From assembly GCA_045837725.1 (NCBI GenBank), contig JBEWZL010000006.1, forward strand, positions 62,001 through 126,000: DNA of 64,000 nucleotides. Reading direction: 5' to 3'. The stretch is from Vermamoeba vermiformis. Lineage: Eukaryota. The notes under the pieces were generated by a model. It made no database searches, had not been told where the DNA came from, and was given only the letters and a program-made list of their open reading frames with translations. The position numbers were made by a program, and so were the translations under genes. Shown here piece after piece: positions 1-14,000 of the stretch (position 1 is its first letter; every line of letters starts with the position of its first letter).

Positions 1-618
1 ACCAAAACGGTGTCGCGCACGAGCTAGTACCCACCCAAGCACTCGAACGTTGTGAAGTTAGATCTAAGGACCGCGTTTTTTGAATTTGCAAAGAGGAAAG
101 AAAGAGGGAAAGGGTGGATTTGGTTTGGCACGTACCACTGCGTTTTGAATCTCGGCTTGCTCTTCAGCTTTTCGAATCTTTCGGTCTGCATCATTGACCA
201 TGTTCTCCAAAAATCTAATAAACCGTTCCTCATATCCGTAGCGGTCCTTCTTTTCTGAAGACAGCTGTTCATATCTGTCGATGATCGAAAAGGGTAAGTG
301 GCTGCTCCTTATACGCAACGCAATATTTTATTAAGGTTGTACTTACTCTTTTCTACACTCTTCGTCGTGTTCTTGGCGACAGGGACCTACACATTATTTA
401 TATATAATTTTTTTATTGTCGAATCTCCGCTGCTTTTGCTTACCAAGATGGTCGCTCTTCGTATTTACGAAGAGCTCATGCGGACAAAAACCGCATAGAA
501 AGAATTTGCATACGCGCTCATCGTCGAAGTGCTTCTGCTTGTTCTTTTTCTCTTCTGGAAGCAAGTCACGATCCGCTCCCAAGAGCTCATCCAATTGCTG
601 ACGAAACAGATCTACCAT
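1..618 (-). CDS. LUC7: LUC7-like U1 snRNP protein (5' part; gene runs off the window start)
   Basis: Spliced translation MVDLFRQQLDELLGADRD...VCKFFLCGFCPHELFVNTKSDHLGPCRQEHDEECRKEYEQ...YEERFIRFLENMVNDADRKI matches the LUC7 N-terminal zinc finger; GT-AG introns. Confidence 0.93.
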
Positions 619-738
619 TGTGTGATAGGTCCAGTAGTGGTAATGAGTGTGGTACAAACGAGCTAAGAAAGGAGCAGCGAACAGAGACAGGCACGCTAAT
701 TTTTAGCAGGCCAAACAGTTTTGACCGTCAAATTATTC

Positions 739-746
739 TTTGCCGC
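739..746 (+). promoter_or_regulatory. Possible E2F-type site TTTGCCGC in the LUC7/RPA1 divergent promoter
   Basis: Matches TTTSSCGC ~120 nt upstream of the RPA1 ATG; short motif, could be chance. Confidence 0.25.
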
Positions 747-861
747 CATTTTACCGTTACTTTTTCCAAGTATTTTTGAATCAACAAGAGCGAAGTTCGT
801 TTTTTGGCCATCGCTCAATCAACATTTTTTATTACAAACTCAATACCACAAAGCTACAATA

Positions 862-2885
862 ATGCAATTCCCTGGTGGTCAATTATCAGCCGGATTTATT
901 GCGGGCATCTGTCGCGGCGATCCTCGCTGGCAAGGTGCTACGCCTTATGTTCAAATTCTCGAGGTTAAAAAACTCGCTAATACTAATGCCGCGAACGCTC
1001 AAGGCGAGAAGCACAGGTAAGCAAGAAACGAAATTAATCCACGAAAAAATAATAATTAATAATTCTTATTTATTCGAAATTTGCAGATTACTTGTTTCCG
1101 ATGGCGTTCACTTCATGCAATCCATTCTTGCCTCTCAATTATCACATTATGTTGCTGACGGAACTGTCGCTGCTCTCTCGATCTTAAAGATTACTCAATA
1201 CAACGTCAACGATGTAAACAACAGAAAGTAAGTATCGATTCGCGGAATTATGATTTCCAATAATTTACTAACGGCGACCTAGGTTGCTTTTGTTGCTGAA
1301 TATCGAAGGCGTCCACCCTTCTTTCCCCAACAAGCTTGGCTCGCCCAACAGCATTGAAGGTGGTGCCCTTCCCGCGCAACCACAACAACAGCCTCAACAG
1401 CCTCAGCAACAATACGGGCAACAACCTCAACGCGCTGCTCAGCCTCAACAAGGTGGTGCTCCTCGCAACAACAATTACGGCCAACAACAACAGCAGCAAG
1501 GTCAACAACAGTTCCACGCAGGCGGCGATTCCATTCACCCGATCTCTGCTTTGAATCCTTACCAGCCTCGCTGGACCATTCGCGCCAGATGCACTTTCAA
1601 ACCCGAGATCAAGACCTTCAATAACGACAAGGGCGGAGGCAAGCTCTTCAGTGTTGATCTTTTGGACGAGTCCGGCGAGATTCGTGCCGTCGCATTCGGT
1701 GACGCTGTGGACCAGCTCTACCCGGTCTTCCAAGTAGATCAGATTTACAAGATCTCTGGTGGAACTCTTCGCTTTGCCAATAAGAAGTTCAACTCTCTTA
1801 AGAACGACTACGAGATCGTCTTGGACACCAATTCACTCGTGCAACGCGTCGACGGTGCTAATGTCAGAGTGCCCAAGGTTCTCTACAGCTTCGTCAACAT
1901 CGACCAAATCAACGATGTTGCCGCTAACGAAGTCATCGACGTCATTGGTATCGTGAAGGAGGTTGGCGAGCTTGGCACAATCAAGACCAAGAAGGACGGC
2001 AGAGATCTTGCCAAGCGCAACATCACATTGGTCGACACTACTGATCGCGCTATCGAGGTCACTTTGTGGGGCGATCAAGCGACCAACTTCCAACGCCCTG
2101 ATGGCGAAGAGCACCCTGTCTTAGTTGTCAAGGCTTGCAAAGTCTCCGACTACAACGGCAAATCTTTGGGTTCCTCCTTCAACTCTCGTATCGAGTTCAA
2201 CCCTGCTATTGAAAAGACTCGCGAGTTGCGTGAATGGTGGGACAACCAAGACGTCAGCCAAATCACAACCCGCATTCACTCGCTCACTCAGCCTCGTGCT
2301 CCGTACACTGGTGCTGCTCGTGGTGACGGTGCTGGCTCTGCAAGAAACGCTCCTGAGAAGACCTTCGAGCAAGTCAAGAATGAACAACTTGGCGTTGATG
2401 GTCCTGCTACCTTCAAGACCCGTGCCACTGTTATGTTCATCAAGCAAGAGCCTCTTCACTACGACGCTTGCCCTGAGTGCAAAAAGAAGGTTTCACAGTC
2501 GAACGGAACTTGGTTCTGCGACAAGAAGTGCAACAAACCTGTGGTCAGACAATGCCGTTACGTCGTCAGCTTCACTGCTTACGATCACACCAACTCTCGC
2601 TGGTTGAGCGCTTTTGACGAGGCCGGTCAAGTGCTCTTTGGCATGGACGCTGATCGCATGGTTGCCATCAAAGAGAGCGGCGACGATTCTCAGTTGCAAA
2701 CTGCCATTCAAAACGCCATGTTCAAGACATACAACTTCACAATCAGAGCCAAGACGGAGGACTTTGAGGGCTCCATGAACGGTCCCATGCTCAAGTGCAG
2801 CGTCGTTCACATGTCTCCTGTGGACTACGTTGCTGATAGCACCAAGTTGATTTCATCTATCAACGCTATGTTGGGCACAGCTTAA
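862..2885 (+). CDS. RPA1: Replication protein A 70 kDa subunit
   Basis: 3 exons (862-1016, 1087-1227, ~1283-2885). N-terminal OB fold (RLLVSDGVHFMQ), Q-rich linker, OB-A (PISALNPYQPRWTIRARCT, GKLFSVDLLDESGEIRA), OB-B and C-terminal OB with Zn ribbon (YDACPECKKKV...C..KC). Confidence 0.97.
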
Positions 2886-3018
2886 ACCGTCCCTTGTTAA
2901 TATATATTTTTTTAATCTTATTACCAAAAAGCTAAAAATATGATGTATAGATCCAGCATTCTTGGAGGATGCTTTACCTGAATGTAATAAAGTTTTATTT
3001 ACATAATCGCATGTTTTA

Positions 3019-4101
3019 TTAATAAATCCACGGGATAATTATATTTTTGGTGGAGTGTTTTGTTTTGTCGCTAATTTTGGTTTTGTACCAGAGATCGGTT
3101 TTGGTTGCAGAATCCGCCAAGTTGACGAATACAAAAGCTAAAATTAGCCATAGGGTAACGCACCGACCCGCAGTCATGGTAATAAACGAGGTGTATATCA
3201 GTACCTCTGCGAAGTAATGTGGTGCTGTCAGGGTTTTGAACCACTTTTCGTTCGGGATCTTGTACTCTTTGTCTGCCGGTGATTTTCGGAGTGACGCTAG
3301 TATCTTATGGCATACGTGCTGCATGTAGTTCCCATAAGCAAAAATCACGAGTCCTACGAGGATATAAGGCGCAGGCAAGTGCTCGCTGCCAAACGTAACC
3401 TCCACATCTGTCGCGATAGCGATGGGCGCAAAGACATAATACGCAACGGCTGATAATAGACATTAAATTAGATCATCGTGAGACTAGGATTGCGGGAGAC
3501 TTACCCATCAGGAAGTTGAAGGGGTGTGTCATGCGATGGCTAAATTTGTGTATAAAAAAGCACTCGTACAATCTCCGAAAAAGATGAGATTGATACAAAA
3601 ATAGAATACAGAGAACTGCAGCGTGACTGGAGAGGGGTTGGGTCTGAAAATAAAGAAAATGGAGTGGTTAGCCCAGAGGATTGTTGCCTTTTATGGTAGA
3701 TGCTGGATCGCGTGCGAGGTACCTTGATAATAAAAGCAATGATTGGGAGATTAATAGCAGTGCCTACAATATAGCAGCTGGTAAAGACCCATTCATGAGG
3801 CACGAAGAACTTTGCAAGGAGGTCGTGTTTGGCAGGTGTTTTGAACGACGATAGTTTGCCGTACGTTGTTAATTGATTTAGCTATTTAATAAATGGATTA
3901 GGAATAGTCTAATAGCCTCTCTTAATAAGTTGACGGTATGAAAGCGACATCCAAATTATAAAAAATTTGGAGACTTACCCACGGGATAAAGAATCTGATT
4001 ATCAATAAAATCAATGCCACAGACCATGCAGTAATTGATAAAAAATAAGTAATATTTAAAGCTTCTCTAGTAAGCAAGTTTTCGAATCTGAGCCATGTCA
4101 T
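3019..4101 (-). CDS. SRD5A3: Polyprenol reductase / steroid 5-alpha-reductase family membrane protein
   Basis: Motifs YGKL, VPHEWVF, QHVCHKILASLR, YKIP..WF..LTAPHYFAEVLIY, IIIPWIY; multi-exon. Confidence 0.85.
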
Positions 4102-4291
4102 CTCTGTACTGCCATCAAACAATCATGTTAAATATGGTAGGTGAACTGTGATATATGGCGTGAAGTTCTTGTGCTTATTTACATACAACAACCGCCTGTG
4201 TGGTTGTGCCAAAAACAAGAAATAAAATAGATCAGTTTTGTTCTGCCACGCAGCTCTATCAGCACAAGCTTAAAAATAGTAAAATTATAAT

Positions 4292-7200
4292 ATGGGCTCA
4301 GGATTATCGAAGAAGGCTGAGGAACGGATCAGCACCGCCAAAAAGAACAAATCCAAAGAAATCAATCTGAGGGACTGTCAGCTCAAAAAATTACCTCATG
4401 TCGTTAAAACAGCATTAAAGGGACTCAAGATCCTTAATATTTCTCAAAACTACATTGTAGAGCTGCCTCCAGCTATTGGCAATTTTGTGGATCTGGAAGA
4501 GTTCTATTGCGATACTAACGAAATTGATGAACTTCCAGCCGAATTATTTACACTAAAAAAATTATTGGTATTAAATGTGGCTCGTAATCCTCTCACTTCA
4601 TTGCCCGGTAAGATATTGAAAAAAAAAAAATAACAACAATAATTTGTTATAGGCTTGGCATGTTACCATAGTAATATTATACTGCCATTAATTTATACTT
4701 TTACATTTTTTGTTAGTAATTGAATTAGTTGCTCTCTTCCAACGGCTCAGCCTTTGATCCGTTTTCTCCACTATTTAAATCGAATCATGGCGTCGAATGC
4801 TAATATATTTGCATATTAGATCAATATATCGCCGAACTTGGTGCTCTTACCACGCTGGATTTGTCAGGCACTTCGATCGAAAAACTTCCTCCTAACCTCG
4901 GCAAGCTTCAATCGCTCACTACTTATATTCACCAATCTTGCGGCTTAGCAGAGGTACCTCCTCAAATCCTTCATTTGAAGAACCTTCGAGTACTGGATTT
5001 GTCAAGTATGTGCGAATAACCGAAAGTTATTCTTGGACCCTCGATCTCCTATTCTTACGAAATATGAACCCTACCATAATTCAATAGGAATTTACGTCGT
5101 TAATGCAATTTTCAATCATTACTGTATTGATTATTCCCTTTTTTGAAATCTTTTACGTTGCGGATCAGCACGTTGGCAATTAATTAATAATCTGTGTTTT
5201 TGTAGATAATAAGATTACGACTCTACCCGTCGACCTCGACAAGCTCGTGAACTTGGAGCGATTAGATTTGTCTAACAACCGATTGTCAAAGCTCGAAACA
5301 CCCGTTGCAGCACTCAACAACCTTCGAACGTTAATTTTGAATAATAACCCTTTGAGTACGTCATATTATGTGCTATATGATTATGACGCTAACGAGGTAT
5401 TATAGCCGATGTATCCAACTTCCCGTTTAGCAAGTTGGGTAACTTGATTGAATTGAACATGAACGAGTGTCACTTGGAGAAGATCAGTCAAGAGATTGGC
5501 ACGTTAACAAAGCTGCAAACATTGGAACTCGGAATCAACAAGCTCAAAGTCATTCCGCGACAGATAGGTATGAGATTTTATATAGCGCGGGAATTTTTGT
5601 TCGCGTGCCATGCATGTTGGAAATCTCGTGTCAAAAGGCCGGATCAAGCTGTTTGGACCAATCGTTTACAGCCACATGACGCAATCTCGAGATTACGAAT
5701 TTATTGTTAAATTGCGACCCGTTCATACATAATTACCATTTTAGTCAATTATTCCGCTTGTCTCGACAGTTACTTAATTATTTTGAATATACTTAAAGAA
5801 GCTACAAAGCTTATGATATATAATAGATTTAAGCGAAAGTTACAGAGTCGAGATTTAGGGAGATTATACTTGAACTCCAGATACTAATTATATTTCAGGA
5901 CACATTGGAACGGGCTTACGAAGGCTCAACTTGAGAAGTAATCAAATTGAAGATGTGCCTGGAGAATTCAGCTTTTTTGAACCGGCTATTGATCTAGATT
6001 TATCAAATAATCCGCTCCGCGTAAGTAATGATTTCATGCTCGATAAAAATAGATCCGCGTTGTGAAATCTTTATGACTTTGATAAATTGAAACAAACGAT
6101 ACTTATATAGAAATTTGCGGTGAAATATAATCACCTTGTTAAGGGCTTAATTTCTCGCGAACGGATCTTGCTTTCTTACGAAGATCGGTCTTCGATCTTG
6201 CTAGGGCAACTTGTACTTACGTCCTTTCTATGACAGGGTCAACAACAGCAATGGCTCGACCAAGGAGCTCCTGTATTAATCGAGAACTTAGCGCCGTTTA
6301 CTAAGGGTAAGGGGTTTCTCTATTTCGCGTCGGTTAGGATCCACGTCGGGCAAGCTCACTGAAAGTATACCATCTTCGTAAGGCTTCGGGTGTATATCGA
6401 CGAGATGTACTCCGTGGTGCTATCGTATTGCTTTGTCTAGGGTGGCTCAATTCAATTTCGGAGTTTTCAGATTCAGATGCGAATCCGTTTCTTACAGTTA
6501 TTATCTGTAGCTTGGCCAGCTCACTGCGAATGCACCGGCGACAGCTTGAACACAGCACCGGCGAAGCAAGGTGTTTCATTCTTTATCAACGCTAAGGACT
6601 TCAAGGTACGTGAAACGAATCGCTCAATCTCCGCTCATTTTCGTGGATGCACCGAGCGTTCATGAACCAATCTCAAATTTTCTGGCAAAGCAAACAAATA
6701 GCCGATTCGATCCTTTTATGGATTGTGTGGGCCAGCACCCGAAATTTAACTTTCATGAACGAAATTTTCCTCTTCCAATCGTTATCGCATGCGATAACCA
6801 CCAAGATCTAACCGGTATATCGCCTTAGGGCAAAAAACGTACGACTGGCAACGATAAATTCGACGTGCTCTTCGTTAGACAAGGCTCAGAACTCGATGTT
6901 GGCGATAGCAAGTACTACCAAAATGAAGGCATAGTCAAGGATCTCAAGAACGGCACTTACGTAAGTCTCAATTATTATTACTCCAATAGTACTCTACACG
7001 ATTACTTAAGTCGACGGCTATTTGCCGATAGTTTAATATTATTTCTCGTTCTATGATAAGGGTCAAAAATAGCTCGTGGATTAAGCGTTAAACCCCGGAG
7101 TTTTTTTTGGCCTTGAAAAAAATGAAGGAACGCTACTCCGAAAATAACTTTTATGATATACTATACTATATGCTATCCACGTTCTATAATCGATCTTGAA

Positions 7201-7355
7201 CTCCTACAATTTAATCCAAATTAGTTTCTGATCGTATTTTCGTTTGACATTAGGAGGTGTTTTTCAACTTGGCTTATTCTGGCACTTATAAAGTGACGGT
7301 GCTTTGTGAGGGAGTCGAAATTAAAGACAGTCCCTACACAATGACTGTAATTTAA
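4292..7355 (+). CDS. N-myristoylated leucine-rich-repeat protein with C-terminal filamin/ABP280-type repeat
   Basis: Starts MGSGLSKK; many LxxLxLxxN repeats over several exons; C-terminus AWPAHCECTGDSL...FFINAKDFKGKKRTTGNDKF...DLKNGTYEVFFNLAYSGTYKVTVLCEGVEIKDSPY is a filamin repeat. Confidence 0.85.
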
Positions 7356-8159
7356 AGCACAAGCCAGAACTATAAACGACTCCACATCGGAAGCACATCC
7401 GACAAGTACAAAGTATCGTACATTAAATGTTAGTTTTAATTAAACGCTATTGAAAATTAACAATAGCCTTTCTATCGATCATTGCTATGAAAATCGACCC
7501 TGTCATCTTAGAATTCTTCGAGATCCACATCCGATCGAACACGAACGTTAGGGTTAATTATAATTTCAAAAAAATGTTACCGACCCTGAGAAATTACACT
7601 AATTAGCGTATTGCGTTTCGTATTCTCTGTGTTCACACATTTCCGACGGCGTGATGTGATTCGAGAATTATTCCGCGACTGGGTTCAATCGAGATGGCCG
7701 TTATTTGAATCGAACTAAAGAGAATTTCGGAAATCATGAAAATATTTAGCACCAAATCGGCATAATCGTAAACTCCTTCGACGATGGATTAAGCCACTTT
7801 TGGGATCGGGCATATGAACCCAAAGGAATACAAACTCCTCTGGCTTTAGTTTCGGTTAAATGATTCACTAGACCTTAAATATTAAGTAAGACACTATCAA
7901 GTATTATTATGGTAAGGAAAATTTGGTTGTGCCATTAATTAACCTCGGTCGGAGGAAAGATAGAAAAATCCTCTATACCTAAATTAGTCAAAACTATTGT
8001 TCCGCGGATTGCGGTTATAAAAAGAGTCGGTTCCAAATTTTCACACTATTGTAACAATTTTGTGAAGCGATAACCACACGAGCTCGTCGTAAAATAATTT
8101 GAACGGGTTTTTTTGGAGCCGATCTGCTTCACTTGTCTATGATATAATATTTATACAAT

Positions 8160-10643
<2,484 letters not shown>

Positions 10644-10850
10644 TACTAGTTGTAAATTATTAACCTTATATAATGACCGAGACAAGCCTCGGTCATACCC
10701 TTGTACATAGGCAACAGCGAAAATTGACAAAATCTCGTTGTACATACAAATTTTCCGAGATAATAAATCGTTCGTTGCAAAGAATTTCCTCTCCTCATTA
10801 TTTCGTTGTAAATACTCGCAACGTAAATCTAAAAATGCATTTCAACTTCT

Positions 10851-10992
10851 CGGTATTTCCCAGCGGAGATTAACTTGCCGCGGGAAAATTTGTGTACCGT
10901 TTCCACTGGTTATAATTTATTAATATCACCTCATGGGAGGCTCCTCCGATTGGAGCAAAAATCCATACGGCGAGGTCACGGATGGGATACTG
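10851..10992. ncRNA. Candidate structured ncRNA (two GC-rich hairpin domains with an AT-rich hinge) between convergent genes
   Basis: Stem CGGTA-TTTCCC-a-GCGG / CCGC-GGGAAA-(bulge)-TACCG at 10851-10899; hairpins CCTC/GAGG and GCTCC/GGAGC at ~10929-10956; Sm-like ATTTTTG on the minus strand. Confidence 0.3.
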
Positions 10993-11041
10993 CTTGTTTG
11001 AGTATAAAGTGCGCTTTATTAACAAAAAAGGTGGATCTAGT

Positions 11042-14000
11042 TTAGATCGTGGCGACAAATTTTTTAGCCTCTGCAAGCACTTGTTCGACGAGCTGTGGTG
11101 TAGCGCTCAAAGTACGAGTCAAGTACTTCTTAGCCTTGCCGCCAATCAAGTCCCACTCGTCACGGCTGTTAGCTTCACGTGCTCTCCAAGAAGCTCAATG
11201 CGATAGCCGTGGCCCACAAGAGCAAGCTGGTCTCAAGTGCAGCCAAGAACGCTGGGAGTGCTTGTTTGACACGTGTCACATCGACGCCAAGAGCAGCAGC
11301 AATGTGCTCGACAACAAATGATCCGTTGGCTGCTTGTGCCAACACGATACGATCCAAAGGACGTTGCGCACTGGTGATTTGTTTGATGACTGGATCTACC
11401 ACCTCAGTGCTTGACGCAGCTTTGAGCGAACGGGGCGAGTTCGATGGTGAAACGCTACCACGGCCGCTAGTGGAGCTAGAAGGCGCTCGTTTGGGAGATG
11501 GCGGGGCACCTCCGGGCTTTGGAGCAGGAGCAGCACCATAGCCAAGCAGATTAGTCGGACTACCGTTGCTTTGTGGCACATTGAAGCTTGAGCTCGATGA
11601 TCTGGAGAGTGGCGCTGAAGGCGGTGCAGCAATGCCAAAGTTAGCACTATTACTTTCAAATGTAGCCATGGGAGGTGGTGGCGGGGCCGCGCTAGGTTTG
11701 GCCACCTTAAGTTCTTTCTTGGACTCCTTTTCTGCGTCCTTGTCTTTCTTTTCTTTCTTTTCTTTCTTATCTTTAGCTTTCTCGGAGGTACTTTGCTTCT
11801 TCTTCAATTTGTCCTCGCTCGATTGTTTTGCCTTCGTTCTGCCCTTCTTTGCAGCGCCCTCTTCAGGAACCAATTCTTGTTCCATTCTCTTCGACTCCGG
11901 TCTTTCACCGGCAACAAACAATTCATCAACGACCATTCGGTCCAACGATTCATTCTGTTTTTGTGGCTCGTAAGTGAATCCACTGAAATCATCACCACTG
12001 GCGCTCCGTGCGGAGGGGACGACAGGCGCTGGTTCAGTGAATTCTTGGTCAAAGTTGCTGGTGTCTGCGGCAAGCTTGTACGAGAGCAAATTGGCGCCTT
12101 CAGCAACTTTTTCATTGTCTTGTAAGCTATCCTCAGATGCATCTTCACTTTCAGCGGCCATCATGTCATCTGTGTCACGGTAATATCTGTATTTGTCTTC
12201 TGAAGCTGGTGCGGCAGAGGTGGTGGTGCCAGTCACGCTGGACTTTCTCTTGCGCGAATGCGAGGATCCTCCTTTTTCCTCTGCTTTTTCCTTCTTGTCA
12301 CCGCCACTGAACCACGAACCGATCTTGTCTAAAAATGGAAATTTGTTAATGCCTAATTTGGAATATTTGGAGGTATCAGGCACTCTCATCGCTGAAGGCG
12401 ATAATCTTTTGTTTCGAGGAAACATCCGAAACTTGACTTATTTGGCAATGACATTGCCAAATATGGAATAAAATTGTCACATGACTTACTGAAGAATGCA
12501 CCAGGACCGCCAGATTTCTGTTTGGCAGCTGCCAATTGCCCGAACGCCATTTGCTAAATAGGAAGTCGTTTAATACACTACCACTCTTAATAATATTCTT
12601 ATTATAATAGTCACTTACAGGTTGTGCCATTTGAACTTGTTGCTCAGGCGCAATAGCGTCGCTTCTACTGTCTAACATTGCAGAATTTTTTCTTCGAACA
12701 TTTTCGATTTGGATCTGCTCGGAGTTCTAAAAATAGTTATTATTAGTTGAGTGCTAAGAATATAAATTAATATCTGTTTGTTCATACCTCAGCGCCGAAC
12801 ACTTTAGTCGCCTCGTTGACGTCCATGGGTTCCATGTTGCCTTCAGTAGCATCTTTGCGCATTTCAACGGCAATGTACGACGTTTGCGAGCTGACGAGGC
12901 CCCAGCTATATTTGGAAATGACTATATTAATAACTAGATCTGACCGACGGAAAGTAAATTTTCACTGAAATTGATCGATTTTCTGGGCCAGATCCGTTAC
13001 TTTAACGTATATCTAATATCGATGATAGTATTAAATGGAGGGTACTTACACAGCGCCTAAATCAGCAATTTCCTTTTTAAGGTTTTGAGTCTTATTCTTC
13101 TCGTAGTCTCGGATCAACTTCATCGCGGTCAATTTATGCGCCAATTCACCGTCAATTGTCTTTTGCAGATCAAATTCAGCGCGCCATTCAAAGCTCTCAT
13201 TGCCTGATTTGGCTTTAATCGTCACTTCGTTCTTGGTCGGCGATTGGTCGACAGCATTGTTGACTTGTGCTGTTGAGTCCAAAAACGTCGAAACAACGAG
13301 CTTGTCTCCGTCGAAGATTGGTGGAATATCGTGTGCTGTTTTTCTGCGAATAAATGGCATTAGTCAAAAATTTTAGATGCGGCGATCAGATCAAAACAAC
13401 AAAGCCCAACATCATACGAACGCAATACTAAAATTTAAATATTATTCGACACTATCGATGGTCGTATTTCTCTAATATCGATAAAGTGTCGAGTTAAAAT
13501 TGTTCGTGGAAGAAAAAAAGTTGTTGGATCTGGTCAGGTTCGGAGGAGTTTCGGTAGAATAGTAATGATACTATATGAATATAATACATACCTTTCGGCA
13601 ACAGGCAACGGCCCCCAATTGATGTTTACGTCGCGCAACACGGGCTGCAAAGCTCTCTTCAGCTGTCTCATGACAACAGGCTCGATGCGCTCACCCGATC
13701 GAATAAATTCCGCTTTGCCATGACCATATTTGGCAATACCCAGCACGAGGGCCTTGCTCGCATCAGCTCCGATGCCGAATGTAAATACACGACAGCCATG
13801 TGCGTTGTTTTTGACGAATTCAAGCACTTCTTCAGTGTTTTTGACTTCACCGTCCGTCTGTTGAAAGAAATTCAGTATAAGGACTAGTCTCTTTTTTGTT
13901 GTAATATAGAGTAAGAGCAAGATGCTGTGAAATGGATATAAGGAGGAAAAAAGTGCGTCCTCCGAACAAAAATTTTAGGTACATCCGAAAAAATTTTTTG

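Noticed and set aside
1248-2810. Long antisense and alternate-frame ORFs over RPA1 (likewise over the vWA and EFL1 genes)
   Set aside because: Expected shadows of codon-biased, GC-richer exons; no recognisable motifs
10925-11177. Selenocysteine readthrough of the vWA TGA with a SECIS downstream
   Set aside because: The conserved C-terminus is in the +1 frame, a TAA follows one codon later, and the hairpin lacks a proper UGAN/NGAN quartet and apical AA
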